Source of the DNA: Clostridia bacterium
GTDB lineage: Bacteria; Bacillota; Clostridia; Christensenellales; UBA3700
Length of the DNA stretch: 58,121 nucleotides
Direction: 5' to 3'
Assembly: GCA_016287155.1 (NCBI GenBank)
Contig: JAEEWC010000022.1
Span: 1 to 58,121, forward strand
Under the pieces are notes generated by a model, which was not told where the DNA came from, did no database searches, and saw nothing but the letters and a program-made list of their open reading frames with translations. Positions 1 to 9,638 of this stretch are shown here, one piece after another (position 1 is the stretch's first letter; each line of letters begins with the position of its first letter). The position numbers and the translations under genes were made by a program.

Positions 1-1107
1 ATCTCCAGATACAATACCTGCTCTATCTACACAGAATGTTACATTTAGATTAGATAGACAAATATCATGCAAAATTGAGTCAAATGCTCTTTGCATAAAT
101 GTAGAATATACCGCAAAATATGGTTTTTTACCGCCTAAAGCAAGTCCAGATGCCATAGTTGCTGCGTGTGCTTCGCAAATTCCTACATCAATGAATCTAT
201 TTTTATGTGCTTTTTCAAATACTTCAAGGCCTGTTCCTTCTTCCATAGCAGCTGTAATTGCGAAGATATCCTTGTCTTGGTCAGCCATTTTAGACAATTT
301 TGCGCCCATAATCTTTGAAAAAGATGGTTTATCCCAGTGTTTTGGAGAATATCCATGGTATCTTTCTGGATCTAATTCGGCTTCTGTTAATCCCTTACCT
401 TTTATAGTTCTTACGTGTAAAACGATAGAACGCTTAGAACTCTTTGCATATGTTAAAGCTGAAATTAAATCTTCGATATTGTGTCCATCTATATTATCTA
501 GATAGTTTAGACCATATTCACCAAATGCATCTCCGCCACCATGAACACCGTTTAAATATCTTGAAATATATCCAACTGTCTTTGAGATAGACATATCGTT
601 ATCATTTAATATGATAATTTGCTTTTGGCGAAGTGTTGCCATATCGTTTAGTGCTTCATAAGATAGTCCACCTGTTAGAGAACCATCACCAATTAATGAA
701 ATTACATTTCCTTCGATATTTGAACGAACAAGTCCGCAAGCAATAGATAAAGCTGTTGATGCGTGTCCTGTTGATGCAACATCATATATACTTTCTTCTC
801 TACGTGGGAATCCAGATATACCATTTGTTTGACGAAGTGTTGAGAAATCCTTATATCTTCCTGTTAATAGTTTGTGCGCATAACATTGGTGTCCTACGTC
901 AAATATCAATTTATCCTTTGGAAGATTAAAAACATATTCGATGGCAATAATTAATTCAATAACACCTAAATTTGATGCAAGGTGTCCGCCATTTTTAAAT
1001 ACTGTATTAATAATAACATCACGCAATTCTTGAGCTAATTGATACAATTGATCAATAGATAAGCTCTTTAAATCCTTTGGTGAGTTAATGTTGTCTAGTA
1101 GTTTCAT
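1..1107 (-). CDS. dxs: 1-deoxy-D-xylulose-5-phosphate synthase, N-terminal ~369 aa (gene runs off the window start)
   Basis: Absent from the ORF track because it is open at the window edge. My minus-strand translation from ATG at 1107..1105 reads MKLLDNINSPKDLKSLSIDQLYQLAQELRD... It contains HQCYAHKLLTGR and the TPP-binding IGDGSLTGG motif. It lies downstream of ispA, as in Bacillus. Confidence 0.9.
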   Translation of the reverse strand, partial: MKLLDNINSPKDLKSLSIDQLYQLAQELRDVIINTVFKNGGHLASNLGVIELIIAIEYVFNLPKDKLIFDVGHQCYAHKLLTGRYKDFSTLRQTNGISGFPRREESIYDVASTGHASTALSIACGLVRSNIEGNVISLIGDGSLTGGLSYEALNDMATLRQKQIIILNDNDMSISKTVGYISRYLNGVHGGGDAFGEYGLNYLDNIDGHNIEDLISALTYAKSSKRSIVLHVRTIKGKGLTEAELDPERYHGYSPKHWDKPSFSKIMGAKLSKMADQDKDIFAITAAMEEGTGLEVFEKAHKNRFIDVGICEAHAATMASGLALGGKKPYFAVYSTFMQRAFDSILHDICLSNLNVTFCVDRAGIVSGD

Positions 1108-1128
1108 ATTATATATATTATATTTTAT

Positions 1129-2064
1129 TTAATTCTTGCGAGCAATCATATTATCTATTAGCTCGTAGAAGAATTCTGCTCCATTTATCTTATTTTCTAT
1201 AGCTTTTATCGCACTTTTTGCTGCATCTGCATATGCTAAAACATCTTTTTGAGCATTTTCAATTCCGCCTACAGCATCGATATATGTGAATTTGTTATTA
1301 TTCTTATCTTGATTTACATCCTTACCTAATACTTCTTTAGTAGATGTTAAATCTAATATATCGTCTTGGATTTGGAATAAAATTCCAAAGTTTTCAGCGT
1401 AAGATTCAAATGCCTTGATAATTTCATCAGATGCTTCAAATCTTAATGCTCCTGCAACCAATGCTGCCTTCAAAAGCGCACTTGTCTTTAGTTTATACAT
1501 TCTAATTAAATCTGATTTAGATGGATCTTTCTCGTGTTCTTTAATATCTAAACATTGTCCACCAATCATACCATTAATACCAGATTGATTTAAAATGTAT
1601 TTTGTAGCGTTAACTTGAGCTACATAATTGTTCTTTACATATGGACAAGCCATATAGAATTCGTTATCTAATGCTGATAGCATTAATTCAGCAGCGCCAT
1701 TTAACATAGCATCGCCTGTAATTGTAGCCATCCCAGCGCCGAATTTTTTGTGAGTTGTTGGCATTCCACGTCTTAATTCGTCATTATCCATGCAAGGTAA
1801 ATCATCATGAACTAGCGAATAAGAATGAATTAATTCAATACCAATAGCAAGTTCTACTATTAGTTCTTCTGGGTTATAATTCGCATTTCTAGGCGCTACA
1901 GCGTATGCTCCAAGGTAAACTAAGCAAGGTCTTAATCTCTTTCCGCCATTTGAAATAGAATACTTATATGCATCTGTAATAGGTTGATATGAATACACAT
2001 GCTTTAGGTATCCTTCTAGATATTTATCAAATGAAGCTTTAAATAATTCGAATATATTAATCAT
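1129..2064 (-). CDS. ispA: (2E,6E)-farnesyl/geranylgeranyl diphosphate synthase (polyprenyl synthetase family)
   Basis: First Asp-rich motif LVHDDLPCMDNDELRRG and second motif FQIQDDILD. Sits in xseB-ispA-dxs synteny. Confidence 0.9.
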   Translation of the reverse strand: MINIFELFKASFDKYLEGYLKHVYSYQPITDAYKYSISNGGKRLRPCLVYLGAYAVAPRNANYNPEELIVELAIGIELIHSYSLVHDDLPCMDNDELRRGMPTTHKKFGAGMATITGDAMLNGAAELMLSALDNEFYMACPYVKNNYVAQVNATKYILNQSGINGMIGGQCLDIKEHEKDPSKSDLIRMYKLKTSALLKAALVAGALRFEASDEIIKAFESYAENFGILFQIQDDILDLTSTKEVLGKDVNQDKNNNKFTYIDAVGGIENAQKDVLAYADAAKSAIKAIENKINGAEFFYELIDNMIARKN

Positions 2065-2275
2065 TACTTACCTCAAATGGGACTTCTTTTATAGATTCCA
2101 TTTCCTTTTGCAAAATAGTAATCTTTCCCTTTGCTTCTTCTAATTCTTTTGAACAGTTCTTGCAAAGTTCAATACCTTTTGTGAATGCAGCAATTGATTC
2201 ATCGATAGTCAAATTGCCTTGTTCCATCTTAGTAACAATTTCTTCTAATTCCTTTAATGATTCTTCAAATTTCAT
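2057..2275 (-). CDS. xseB: exodeoxyribonuclease VII small subunit
   Basis: 72-aa helical protein (FEESLKELEEIV...) that overlaps xseA and ispA. Position is canonical. Confidence 0.85.
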   Translation of the reverse strand: MKFEESLKELEEIVTKMEQGNLTIDESIAAFTKGIELCKNCSKELEEAKGKITILQKEMESIKEVPFEVSND

Positions 2276-3456
2276 AACTTATTTACCTCTATAATTTCTG
2301 CTTTAGCTTTACCGCCTGTTGTTGTAATTTCTATCTTATCCTTGACTTTTAACTCGTCAATATTTGTGACATTTTGTCCATCCTTTTTGATGTATGCATA
2401 CGACCTTGAGAATATCTTTGATGGGTTTATAGCATCCAATCTAACAGAAAGGTTTCCGAATTGATGCGCCTTATTTTCTAGTATATTATTGGCTAATAGA
2501 AGCATTTTGGCTGAATATACCTCTAATTTATTAGTATTTTTAGAATACACACCATTAAAAGCACCTATGATTCTCTGTTTTTGCAATTCAAGCTTTGTAA
2601 TAGCATGATCCAATGTAGCTGACAATTGATTAGATAATCTTAGTCCCAAATCTTTAATATATTCTTTATACTCTTCTACATTATATTCAACTAGTTCTCC
2701 AGCTGCTGTTGGCGTTGGAACACGTATATCTGCAGCCAAATCGCAAAGCGTTGTATCCGTCTCGTGACCTACAGATGAAATGATAGGAGTTTTTGCATTG
2801 TAGATTGCATAAACTAATTTTTCTGAATTGAATGGCATTAGATCTTCAAGCGAGCCACCGCCTCTTGCAATGATTAAAACATCGAAGCCTAAATCATCAA
2901 CTTGCTTTATCGCATTAACAATATCTATATCAGCGTCTATGCCCTGCACTTTAACGTCTTTAACAACGATATCAATAATATTGTTTACTTTACGAATTGT
3001 TGTGATTATATCTCGAATTACGGCGCCAGTTTTAGAAGTGATAACACAAACTCTTTTTGGAAATTTAGGAATAGGTTTTTTATGCTCAGCTGCAAAATAC
3101 CCTTTTTCCATTAATTCCTTCTTTAATTTTTCAAGCATAGCAGCAAGGGCACCTGCTCCATATGGTTGAATTGCTGAGATATTAAAATTTAATCTACCTG
3201 TTTTTGTATAGTAATCTACAGTTCCTTTGGCCAAAATTTGTTCGCCTTCTTTAGGAACATATGTCTTTGCATAATTAAAATCGTTACATTGAATTGCTGA
3301 TTCTTCGTCTTTTAAAGCAAAATATGCATGCGCTCCAGAGATTTTAAAGCCAGAAACTTCCCCGACAATAACAATATTATGCAGCATTTCCTCTGCATAA
3401 AATATTCTTTTTATTACATTGTTTAACTGTGAAACAGTAATTAAATTATCTGGCAT
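2272..3456 (-). CDS. xseA: exodeoxyribonuclease VII large subunit
   Basis: N-terminal OB fold (VSQLNNVIKRIF...GEVSGFK.SGAHAYFALKD) and the IIARGGGSLEDL motif. Followed by xseB. Confidence 0.9.
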   Translation of the reverse strand: MPDNLITVSQLNNVIKRIFYAEEMLHNIVIVGEVSGFKISGAHAYFALKDEESAIQCNDFNYAKTYVPKEGEQILAKGTVDYYTKTGRLNFNISAIQPYGAGALAAMLEKLKKELMEKGYFAAEHKKPIPKFPKRVCVITSKTGAVIRDIITTIRKVNNIIDIVVKDVKVQGIDADIDIVNAIKQVDDLGFDVLIIARGGGSLEDLMPFNSEKLVYAIYNAKTPIISSVGHETDTTLCDLAADIRVPTPTAAGELVEYNVEEYKEYIKDLGLRLSNQLSATLDHAITKLELQKQRIIGAFNGVYSKNTNKLEVYSAKMLLLANNILENKAHQFGNLSVRLDAINPSKIFSRSYAYIKKDGQNVTNIDELKVKDKIEITTTGGKAKAEIIEVNKL

Positions 3457-4297
3457 TTTCCTCGCGAGCGATTGCAGCCATTAATGTATTGTATAAAAGC
3501 ATAGATATTGTCATAGGTCCAACTCCGCCAGGAACTGGAGTAATAAATGAAGCTTTTGGTTCTACTTCATCAAAATCTACGTCTCCACATAAATGACCAT
3601 CAACTCTATTGATTCCTACATCGATAACAATTGCGCCATCTTTAACCATATCGCCCTTTAAGAACTTAGGTCTACCGATTGCTACTACTAAAATATCTGC
3701 ATTTTTAGTAATTTCTTTTAAATTTTGTGTCTTAGAATGACATACAGTTACTGTACAATTTGCATTTAAAAGCAACATTGCCATAGGTTTTCCTACTGTA
3801 TTTGATCTTCCAATAACTACTGCATTCTTACCAGCAAGGTCAACTCCTGTTGATTTTAATAATCTCATAACACCAAATGGTGTGCATGAAATTGTTCTTG
3901 GAGTACCTAAAGCTAATAATCCAATATTACTTGCGCAGAATCCATCAACATCTTTTGTTTCTGGAATTAAATCTAATAGATATTTTTCGTCATATCCTTT
4001 TGGTAATGGTAATTGAACTAAAATACCATCTACGTTATCATCTTTAACAAGTGTTCTTATTGTATTTGCGATGTCTTCTTGATTTGTCCCGTTTGGGAAT
4101 TCATATTTTAAAGACTTCATAGATACTTCTTCGCAACCTAAAACTTTGTTTCTAACATATGTTTGAGAAGCAGGATCTTCGCCTACAATAATTACAGCTA
4201 AGCATGGAACTCTACCATACTTCTTTGAAAAGTCTTCAACACCTTGTTTAATTTCTATTCTTGTTTCTCTTGAAACTTCTTTTCCTAAAATTAACAT
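3446..4297 (-). CDS. folD: bifunctional methylenetetrahydrofolate dehydrogenase/cyclohydrolase
   Basis: Motifs DPASQTYVRNK, VQLPLP, GRSNTVGKP and TPVPGGVGPMT. Confidence 0.95.
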   Translation of the reverse strand: MLILGKEVSRETRIEIKQGVEDFSKKYGRVPCLAVIIVGEDPASQTYVRNKVLGCEEVSMKSLKYEFPNGTNQEDIANTIRTLVKDDNVDGILVQLPLPKGYDEKYLLDLIPETKDVDGFCASNIGLLALGTPRTISCTPFGVMRLLKSTGVDLAGKNAVVIGRSNTVGKPMAMLLLNANCTVTVCHSKTQNLKEITKNADILVVAIGRPKFLKGDMVKDGAIVIDVGINRVDGHLCGDVDFDEVEPKASFITPVPGGVGPMTISMLLYNTLMAAIAREENAR

Positions 4298-4701
4298 TAT
4301 TTATTTAGCTCCTTATATACGCCAGCAAGTACGCCATTAACAAATTGATATGATTTGTCTGTAGAATATTCTTTTACAAGTTCTACAGCTTCAGAAATTG
4401 AAACGTTTAGTGGGATATCATCAATGTATTGCATTTCATAAATAGCTAACATTAATGCAGCCAAGTCTGGCTTGAAAATACGGTCAATTTTGAAGTTCTT
4501 CGCATTTCTTGAAATAGTTTCAATGATTTCATCAAAATGTGCTTGAATGCCTTCATATACGTTGTTAATATAATCCGCATCAATCTTTGTTAGATTTGGA
4601 TCTTGGAATATTTGGTCCTTTGTTGGAGTTTGTGCATCTCTATCAAAAATGTATTCAAATACTAATTTGTATGCATATTCTCTTGCTGATTTTCTGCTCA
4701 T
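4297..4701 (-). CDS. nusB: transcription antitermination factor NusB
   Basis: 134-aa protein (SRKSAREYAYKLVFEY...). Sits in nusB-folD-xseA synteny. Confidence 0.9.
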   Translation of the reverse strand: MSRKSAREYAYKLVFEYIFDRDAQTPTKDQIFQDPNLTKIDADYINNVYEGIQAHFDEIIETISRNAKNFKIDRIFKPDLAALMLAIYEMQYIDDIPLNVSISEAVELVKEYSTDKSYQFVNGVLAGVYKELNK

Positions 4702-4715
4702 TTATCTATACCTCT

Positions 4716-4749
4716 AAAAAAAATAAGCCTTCTGCGTGAACAAAAGGCT
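4716..4749 (-). terminator. candidate intrinsic terminator after the asp23-like gene
   Basis: Minus strand: AGCCTT-12 nt loop-AAGGCT followed by TA+T8. The stem is only 6 bp. Confidence 0.5.
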
Positions 4750-4762
4750 AAAAATACAATAA

Positions 4763-5095
4763 TTATGCTGTTACGATTGATCCTACAACTGTAACGTTAA
4801 CTTTCTTTACCTTTAGTGATGTAGCTGCTTCAAATTCTTTCTTTACTTTTTCTTGAAGGTTACATACAACTACTGGAATTACCTTACCATAATATACATT
4901 TACCGAAATATTGATAGTTACTAGATTGTCAACGATGTTAACGTCTACAGCAGAACCCTTTTTCTTCTTTGCGTTTGAAGTAATAAGGCCTGGTTCGTAT
5001 GTAATAGATGCAATGCCATCAACTTGTGATGCTGCACTTACAACGATTGAACTAGCAATGCTTTCATACTTTTTGCTGTCAATAATATTTTCCAT
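4763..5095 (-). CDS. Asp23/Gls24-family alkaline shock protein
   Basis: Asp23-like sequence (IASSIVVSAASQVDGIASI...VNVTVVG). Start placed at MENIIDSK because GAGGT lies 7 nt upstream. The ORF track extends the frame to 5125. Confidence 0.8.
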   Translation of the reverse strand: MENIIDSKKYESIASSIVVSAASQVDGIASITYEPGLITSNAKKKKGSAVDVNIVDNLVTINISVNVYYGKVIPVVVCNLQEKVKKEFEAATSLKVKKVNVTVVGSIVTA

Positions 5096-5225
5096 GAAAT
5101 GTACCTCTATGCCATATTTTAGCATTATTACATTGATTTTACAAGATTAGTAATTTATTTACATTAAAAATATTAATAATATTTAAGTGGTTTTCAACCT
5201 TAATATAAAATAACCTTTAAATTGC

Positions 5226-5258
5226 AAAAAAATACTCTCCACTTTCGTAGAGAGTACT
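5226..5258 (-). terminator. intrinsic terminator after efp
   Basis: Minus strand: TACTCTC...GAGAGTA hairpin followed directly by T7. Confidence 0.7.
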
Positions 5259-5276
5259 TATATATCAAATGGTTAA

Positions 5277-5840
5277 TTAAACTCTTGACATGTATTCTCC
5301 AGTTCTTGTATCAACTCTAATTCTTTCACCTTCGTTTACGAATAGAGGAACTTGTAATTCATATCCTGTTTCAAGAGTAGCAGGCTTTGTAGCACCTTGA
5401 GTTGTGTTACCCTTTGCTCCTGGTTCTGAATGAGTAATTGTTAATTCAACAAAGTTTGGAGCATCTACTGAGAATGGCTTACCATCATAAAAGTTAACTG
5501 TTACTTCTCCGCCTTCAACAACGAACTTTAGAGCATCTTCGCACATTTCGTAGTTAACTGGGATCATATCAAATGTAACTGGATCCATGAAGTAATATAA
5601 ATCTCCATCTGTGTAAGAATATTGCATCTTCTTGTATACGATTTCTGCTGTTTCAAACTTAGCTGTTGGGTTGAAAGTCATTTCAACAACACCACCGTTG
5701 ATAACGTCTCTTAACTTTGTTCTTACGAAAGCAGCACCCTTACCTGGTTTAACGTGTAAGAATTCAACTACTGTAACAACCTTACTTTCATATTTAAAAG
5801 TAACACCTTTTCTAAAATCACCTGCCATTATATAGCCCAT
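5277..5840 (-). CDS. efp: elongation factor P
   Basis: HVKPGKGAAFVRTKLRDV loop containing the modified Lys. Start at MGYIMAGDF because GGAGG lies 5 nt upstream. The ORF track extends the frame to 5852. Confidence 0.95.
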   Translation of the reverse strand: MGYIMAGDFRKGVTFKYESKVVTVVEFLHVKPGKGAAFVRTKLRDVINGGVVEMTFNPTAKFETAEIVYKKMQYSYTDGDLYYFMDPVTFDMIPVNYEMCEDALKFVVEGGEVTVNFYDGKPFSVDAPNFVELTITHSEPGAKGNTTQGATKPATLETGYELQVPLFVNEGERIRVDTRTGEYMSRV

Positions 5841-5857
5841 ATGTACCTCCACATAAT

Positions 5858-6895
5858 TTATAAAATTATTAGTTTTTTATCTATTTTTGCTAACGATGTA
5901 GCAACATTATCTTTAATTAATACCGTATCTTCGATTCTAACACCAAATTTATTTGGAATATATATTCCTGGTTCTACGGTCATAACCATTCCATTTTTTA
6001 TTATATCTTTTGTTGATGTTGGAGATAAAGTCATTTTTTCATGAATATCTACACCAACGCTATGTCCAAGTGAATGTGTGAAATATTCTCCATATCCATA
6101 CTTAGATATAATTTCTCTAGCAATGCTGTCTGCTTCAGCTCCTGTCATCCCAACTCTTAATGCGTCTTGAGCTGTTTGTTGAGCATCTTGAACAACATTA
6201 TATACTAACACTTGCTCTTCGGACAAATTACCAAAGCCAACAGTTCTTGTCATGTCTGAACAATAACCATTCCATTTAGCACCAATGTCCATTGTTACAA
6301 AATCGCCATCTTTTAATTTTCTAAAGGTTCTATGAGCATGAGGAGATGCACCATTTTCGCCAAAAGCTACAATTGAATCAAATGCAAGCTCAGCTCCATT
6401 CTTTAAGAAAATGTATTCAATCTTTGCTGCGATTTCTATTTCGCTTACGCCTTCTTTTAAGTCCTTAAGGACTTCATTAAAAGCAAGATCAGTAATTGAT
6501 TGAGCCTTTATGATATTATCTATTTCTTGTTGAGATTTAATCATTCTAAAGCATTCTATTTCGCTTTGGATATCATGAAGTTTATCTCCAAATGTATCAT
6601 AAAGTTCTTTATAGGTATTGTAAGTTACATCGCTATCCCATCCGATAGTTTTTGCGTTGCTACATAAAGTAGCAATTGTTTTCATATCTCCGGCGATAAC
6701 TTCAAATTTGCCCTTCAAAACCAATACGGCTTCGTTTACATATCTCTTATCTGTTATGAAATATTGGCAATCTTTAGTTATAACGATTTGACAATTCGAA
6801 GACTCAAATCCGCTCAAATAAAATGTGTTTGAGTGTGAGCAAATAACAATAGCATCTAAACCGACTTTATCATATATCTCTCTACAAACGTTCAT
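5858..6895 (-). CDS. Xaa-Pro aminopeptidase/dipeptidase (M24B family, YqhT-like)
   Basis: Metal-ligand motifs DIGAKWNGYCSDMTRT, HSLGHSVGVDIHE and VEPGIYIPNKFGVRIED. Adjacent to efp, as in B. subtilis yqhT-efp. Confidence 0.9.
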   Translation of the reverse strand: MNVCREIYDKVGLDAIVICSHSNTFYLSGFESSNCQIVITKDCQYFITDKRYVNEAVLVLKGKFEVIAGDMKTIATLCSNAKTIGWDSDVTYNTYKELYDTFGDKLHDIQSEIECFRMIKSQQEIDNIIKAQSITDLAFNEVLKDLKEGVSEIEIAAKIEYIFLKNGAELAFDSIVAFGENGASPHAHRTFRKLKDGDFVTMDIGAKWNGYCSDMTRTVGFGNLSEEQVLVYNVVQDAQQTAQDALRVGMTGAEADSIAREIISKYGYGEYFTHSLGHSVGVDIHEKMTLSPTSTKDIIKNGMVMTVEPGIYIPNKFGVRIEDTVLIKDNVATSLAKIDKKLIIL

Positions 6896-6979
6896 AACCT
6901 TTATAATATTACCATATTCATTATTTTTGTGTAAAGTAGTAAATATGCGCGCATATATATAAAATGCGCAATTTTTCTA

Positions 6980-7831
6980 CTATTTTAGGCTATTATAGTA
7001 CGCTTTCATAGCAAGAGAATCTCTAGTTTGAGTTCCAGCTGATTCACATACTACATATGGTGACATTTTGTATTCATTAAATACTTCCATCAATGGTTCA
7101 AATTCTGGCCCGTATACAGTGTCTTCAAATGTTAAATGTCTTAATTCGCCTTTATCTGTATATTGAATCTTTGAGAAATGAACATGCATATTGAATGTCT
7201 TTTTCTCGCCAATACCATCAATTAATCTATCGATTACTCTTTTATAGTCATCTTTAGAATAGAATAATCCGCGCTCTCTTGCGTTTAGATGGCCAAAATC
7301 GATGCAAGGAATGATGTTTTCATCTCCTACGTTAACTATTTCGATAATCTCTTCTAAATCGCCTAGTTGGGCTAATTTGCCCATTGTCTCTGGACACAAT
7401 AATAAATCTTTATATCCATTATCGTTTTTTATTTGCACAATATGTTCAAAAGCTTTTAGAAGAATAGTCATTGCTTCTCTTCTATCTAGTTTTACTGGAG
7501 ATCCTGGATGGAATACACATCTATTACCACCAAAATTCTTTAGAGCCTTTAGAGAATCTTCAATGTATTTAATATTATTTAACGCTTTATCTTCTTCAAC
7601 TGTTGCTAAATTTATAAAATATGGTGCGTGAACAGATAATTCAATATCATTATCTTTAAATACCTTTCCATATTCGATAGCCTTATCTTGAGAGATGTTT
7701 ACACCTCTTCCAAAAGAATATTCGAATAAATCAACACCCTTATTCTTTAACCAGATTGCACCATCAGATGTCTTTTTGAACTTTTGTGCGCTGAATTCTT
7801 CACATGCGCCACTTGGACCAAATTTAATCAT
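6980..7831 (-). CDS. endonuclease IV-like TIM-barrel protein (AP endonuclease 2 / xylose isomerase-like fold)
   Basis: Motifs SVHAPYFINLAT, VFHPGS, CPETMGK, CIDFGHLNA and CES resemble the Nfo metal-ligand pattern. Assigned from motifs only. Confidence 0.6.
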   Translation of the reverse strand: MIKFGPSGACEEFSAQKFKKTSDGAIWLKNKGVDLFEYSFGRGVNISQDKAIEYGKVFKDNDIELSVHAPYFINLATVEEDKALNNIKYIEDSLKALKNFGGNRCVFHPGSPVKLDRREAMTILLKAFEHIVQIKNDNGYKDLLLCPETMGKLAQLGDLEEIIEIVNVGDENIIPCIDFGHLNARERGLFYSKDDYKRVIDRLIDGIGEKKTFNMHVHFSKIQYTDKGELRHLTFEDTVYGPEFEPLMEVFNEYKMSPYVVCESAGTQTRDSLAMKAYYNSLK

Positions 7832-8760
7832 TAATATCCCCCGTTTTGTCCCATGATATAGTCAATATCTTTTTGAATTTGAACTTTTAGTTCATTAGGT
7901 GAGTTGAATTTAACAATATCTCTCATCTTTTCTTCAAATTCAATTACAATTTCTTTGCCATATAATTTCTTTGTATAGAATAAAATGTATGATTCGATGT
8001 TATATGTATCAATTCCATATGTTGGTTTAAATCCTACATTTGTTGCTGCTCTATATCTAAGCCCATCGATAAATACATGTGTATAATAAACGCCAGGAGC
8101 TAAAGGTATTTTATCTGGATCTATAGAGATATTTGCAGTTGGGAATAATTCCTTTTCTCCAACTCCTCTACCTTTTTGAACAACTCCCATAATTGTGTAT
8201 GGAGATACTAAGAATGAATTTAGTTCGTCTAAATTACCTTCTTTAACCTTTTCTCTTAAATAAGATGAAGATAATTTCTCATCATTTAGCATTAAAAGTG
8301 ATTCAACATATAATTTAATATCATGTGCATCGCAGTATTCTTTTAGATGTTTAACATTTCCTTCTCTATCTTTACCGTATGTGTAATCTGAACCAACAAC
8401 AATAGCTTTTATGTTCTTGTTTCCAATTAGAGTATCTAAGAATGTATCTTTATCTATTGAAGCGAATTCTTTATCAAATGTAGCTTTATAAACAAAGTCC
8501 ATTTGTAATTCTTCAAAAACAAAACATCTTTCTTTGAATGTTAAGATTACTTGTTCGTCTTTAAATAATTTCAATGGATTATTTTCAAAGGTAAAAATTG
8601 CAGTTAAATAGTTATTCATGAAGGCAATTTGTTTAGCTCTATTTATAAGCTTTAAATGACCTTGGTGAACACAATCGAAAAAGCCTAAACAAAGCACTTG
8701 AGGTTCCTTGTTTTCTTCATCATAATTCTTTATCGAAATGTTATATATTTTTTCTATCAT
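7831..8760 (-). CDS. ribF: bifunctional riboflavin kinase / FMN adenylyltransferase
   Basis: LGFFDCVHQGH adenylyltransferase motif and FPTANI kinase motif. Sits in truB-ribF synteny. Confidence 0.9.
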   Translation of the reverse strand: MIEKIYNISIKNYDEENKEPQVLCLGFFDCVHQGHLKLINRAKQIAFMNNYLTAIFTFENNPLKLFKDEQVILTFKERCFVFEELQMDFVYKATFDKEFASIDKDTFLDTLIGNKNIKAIVVGSDYTYGKDREGNVKHLKEYCDAHDIKLYVESLLMLNDEKLSSSYLREKVKEGNLDELNSFLVSPYTIMGVVQKGRGVGEKELFPTANISIDPDKIPLAPGVYYTHVFIDGLRYRAATNVGFKPTYGIDTYNIESYILFYTKKLYGKEIVIEFEEKMRDIVKFNSPNELKVQIQKDIDYIMGQNGGY

Positions 8761-9638
8761 TCTAAGTTCGTTTGAGACTTATAAATCCCATCTATATTTT
8801 TAGCAATAAATTTCAATTCATTGTTATATGTCATAGCTAATATTTCTTGATTAAAATCAAGTTTGATTCCAACCCCTCTTTGTACATCATAAAACTCACT
8901 ATCGTTTAATTCATACACATTCATTAGGTTCTTGATTACATCAAGTGGATTTATAAAGTAATCTAAAGGATTTTGTTCAAACTTCTCAATACTTGTCGAA
9001 TTTTCCAATTTTACGTTCGCAAGTTCGATTCTATTTAACATTGACATATTTCCACAAACATTTGCACTTTGAGCAATATCTGTAAATAAAGTTCTAATGT
9101 ATGTACCAGATGAACACTTTACGTCCAATTTTACCCAATCTAAAGCGTCTTTGTTCGTTGAGTAATCAACTAATTCAAGATTGTAGATTTTAACCTTTCT
9201 TGGGGCTATTTCAAACTTGGTTCCTTTTCTTGCTAAATCATAAGCTTTTTGCCCATTGATTTTTAGCGCAGAATACTTAGGTGGAATTTGAGATATTTCT
9301 CCTTTAAAATTAGGTAGAACTTTCTTTATAGAATCAAGTGTTGGAAGCGATGATGTTTCAACTACTTTTCCTGTAGCATCAAGCGTATCTGTAGATGTAC
9401 CAAATGTTAATGTTCCAATGTATCTTTTATCCTTAGATAACATATAGTCAAATAATCTTGTAGCTTTATTAATTCCAAGCAATAAAACACCTGTTGCCAT
9501 AGGATCCAATGTTCCCATATGTCCGATTTTAACCTTCTCCCCTAAAGCTTTAGATAAAAGATTTCGAACCTTTATGACAACATCGCTAGATGTCCAGTTT
9601 TGAGGTTTATTGATTGCAATTAAATAATTATTCGACAT
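8757..9638 (-). CDS. truB: tRNA pseudouridine(55) synthase
   Basis: HMGTLDPMATGVL motif containing the catalytic Asp. Confidence 0.95.
   Translation of the reverse strand: MSNNYLIAINKPQNWTSSDVVIKVRNLLSKALGEKVKIGHMGTLDPMATGVLLLGINKATRLFDYMLSKDKRYIGTLTFGTSTDTLDATGKVVETSSLPTLDSIKKVLPNFKGEISQIPPKYSALKINGQKAYDLARKGTKFEIAPRKVKIYNLELVDYSTNKDALDWVKLDVKCSSGTYIRTLFTDIAQSANVCGNMSMLNRIELANVKLENSTSIEKFEQNPLDYFINPLDVIKNLMNVYELNDSEFYDVQRGVGIKLDFNQEILAMTYNNELKFIAKNIDGIYKSQTNLE

Noticed and set aside
191-505. 104-aa plus-strand ORF from the ORF track
   Set aside because: It lies entirely antisense to the clearly recognisable dxs coding sequence (minus strand, TPP motif). It has no SD and a low-complexity translation.
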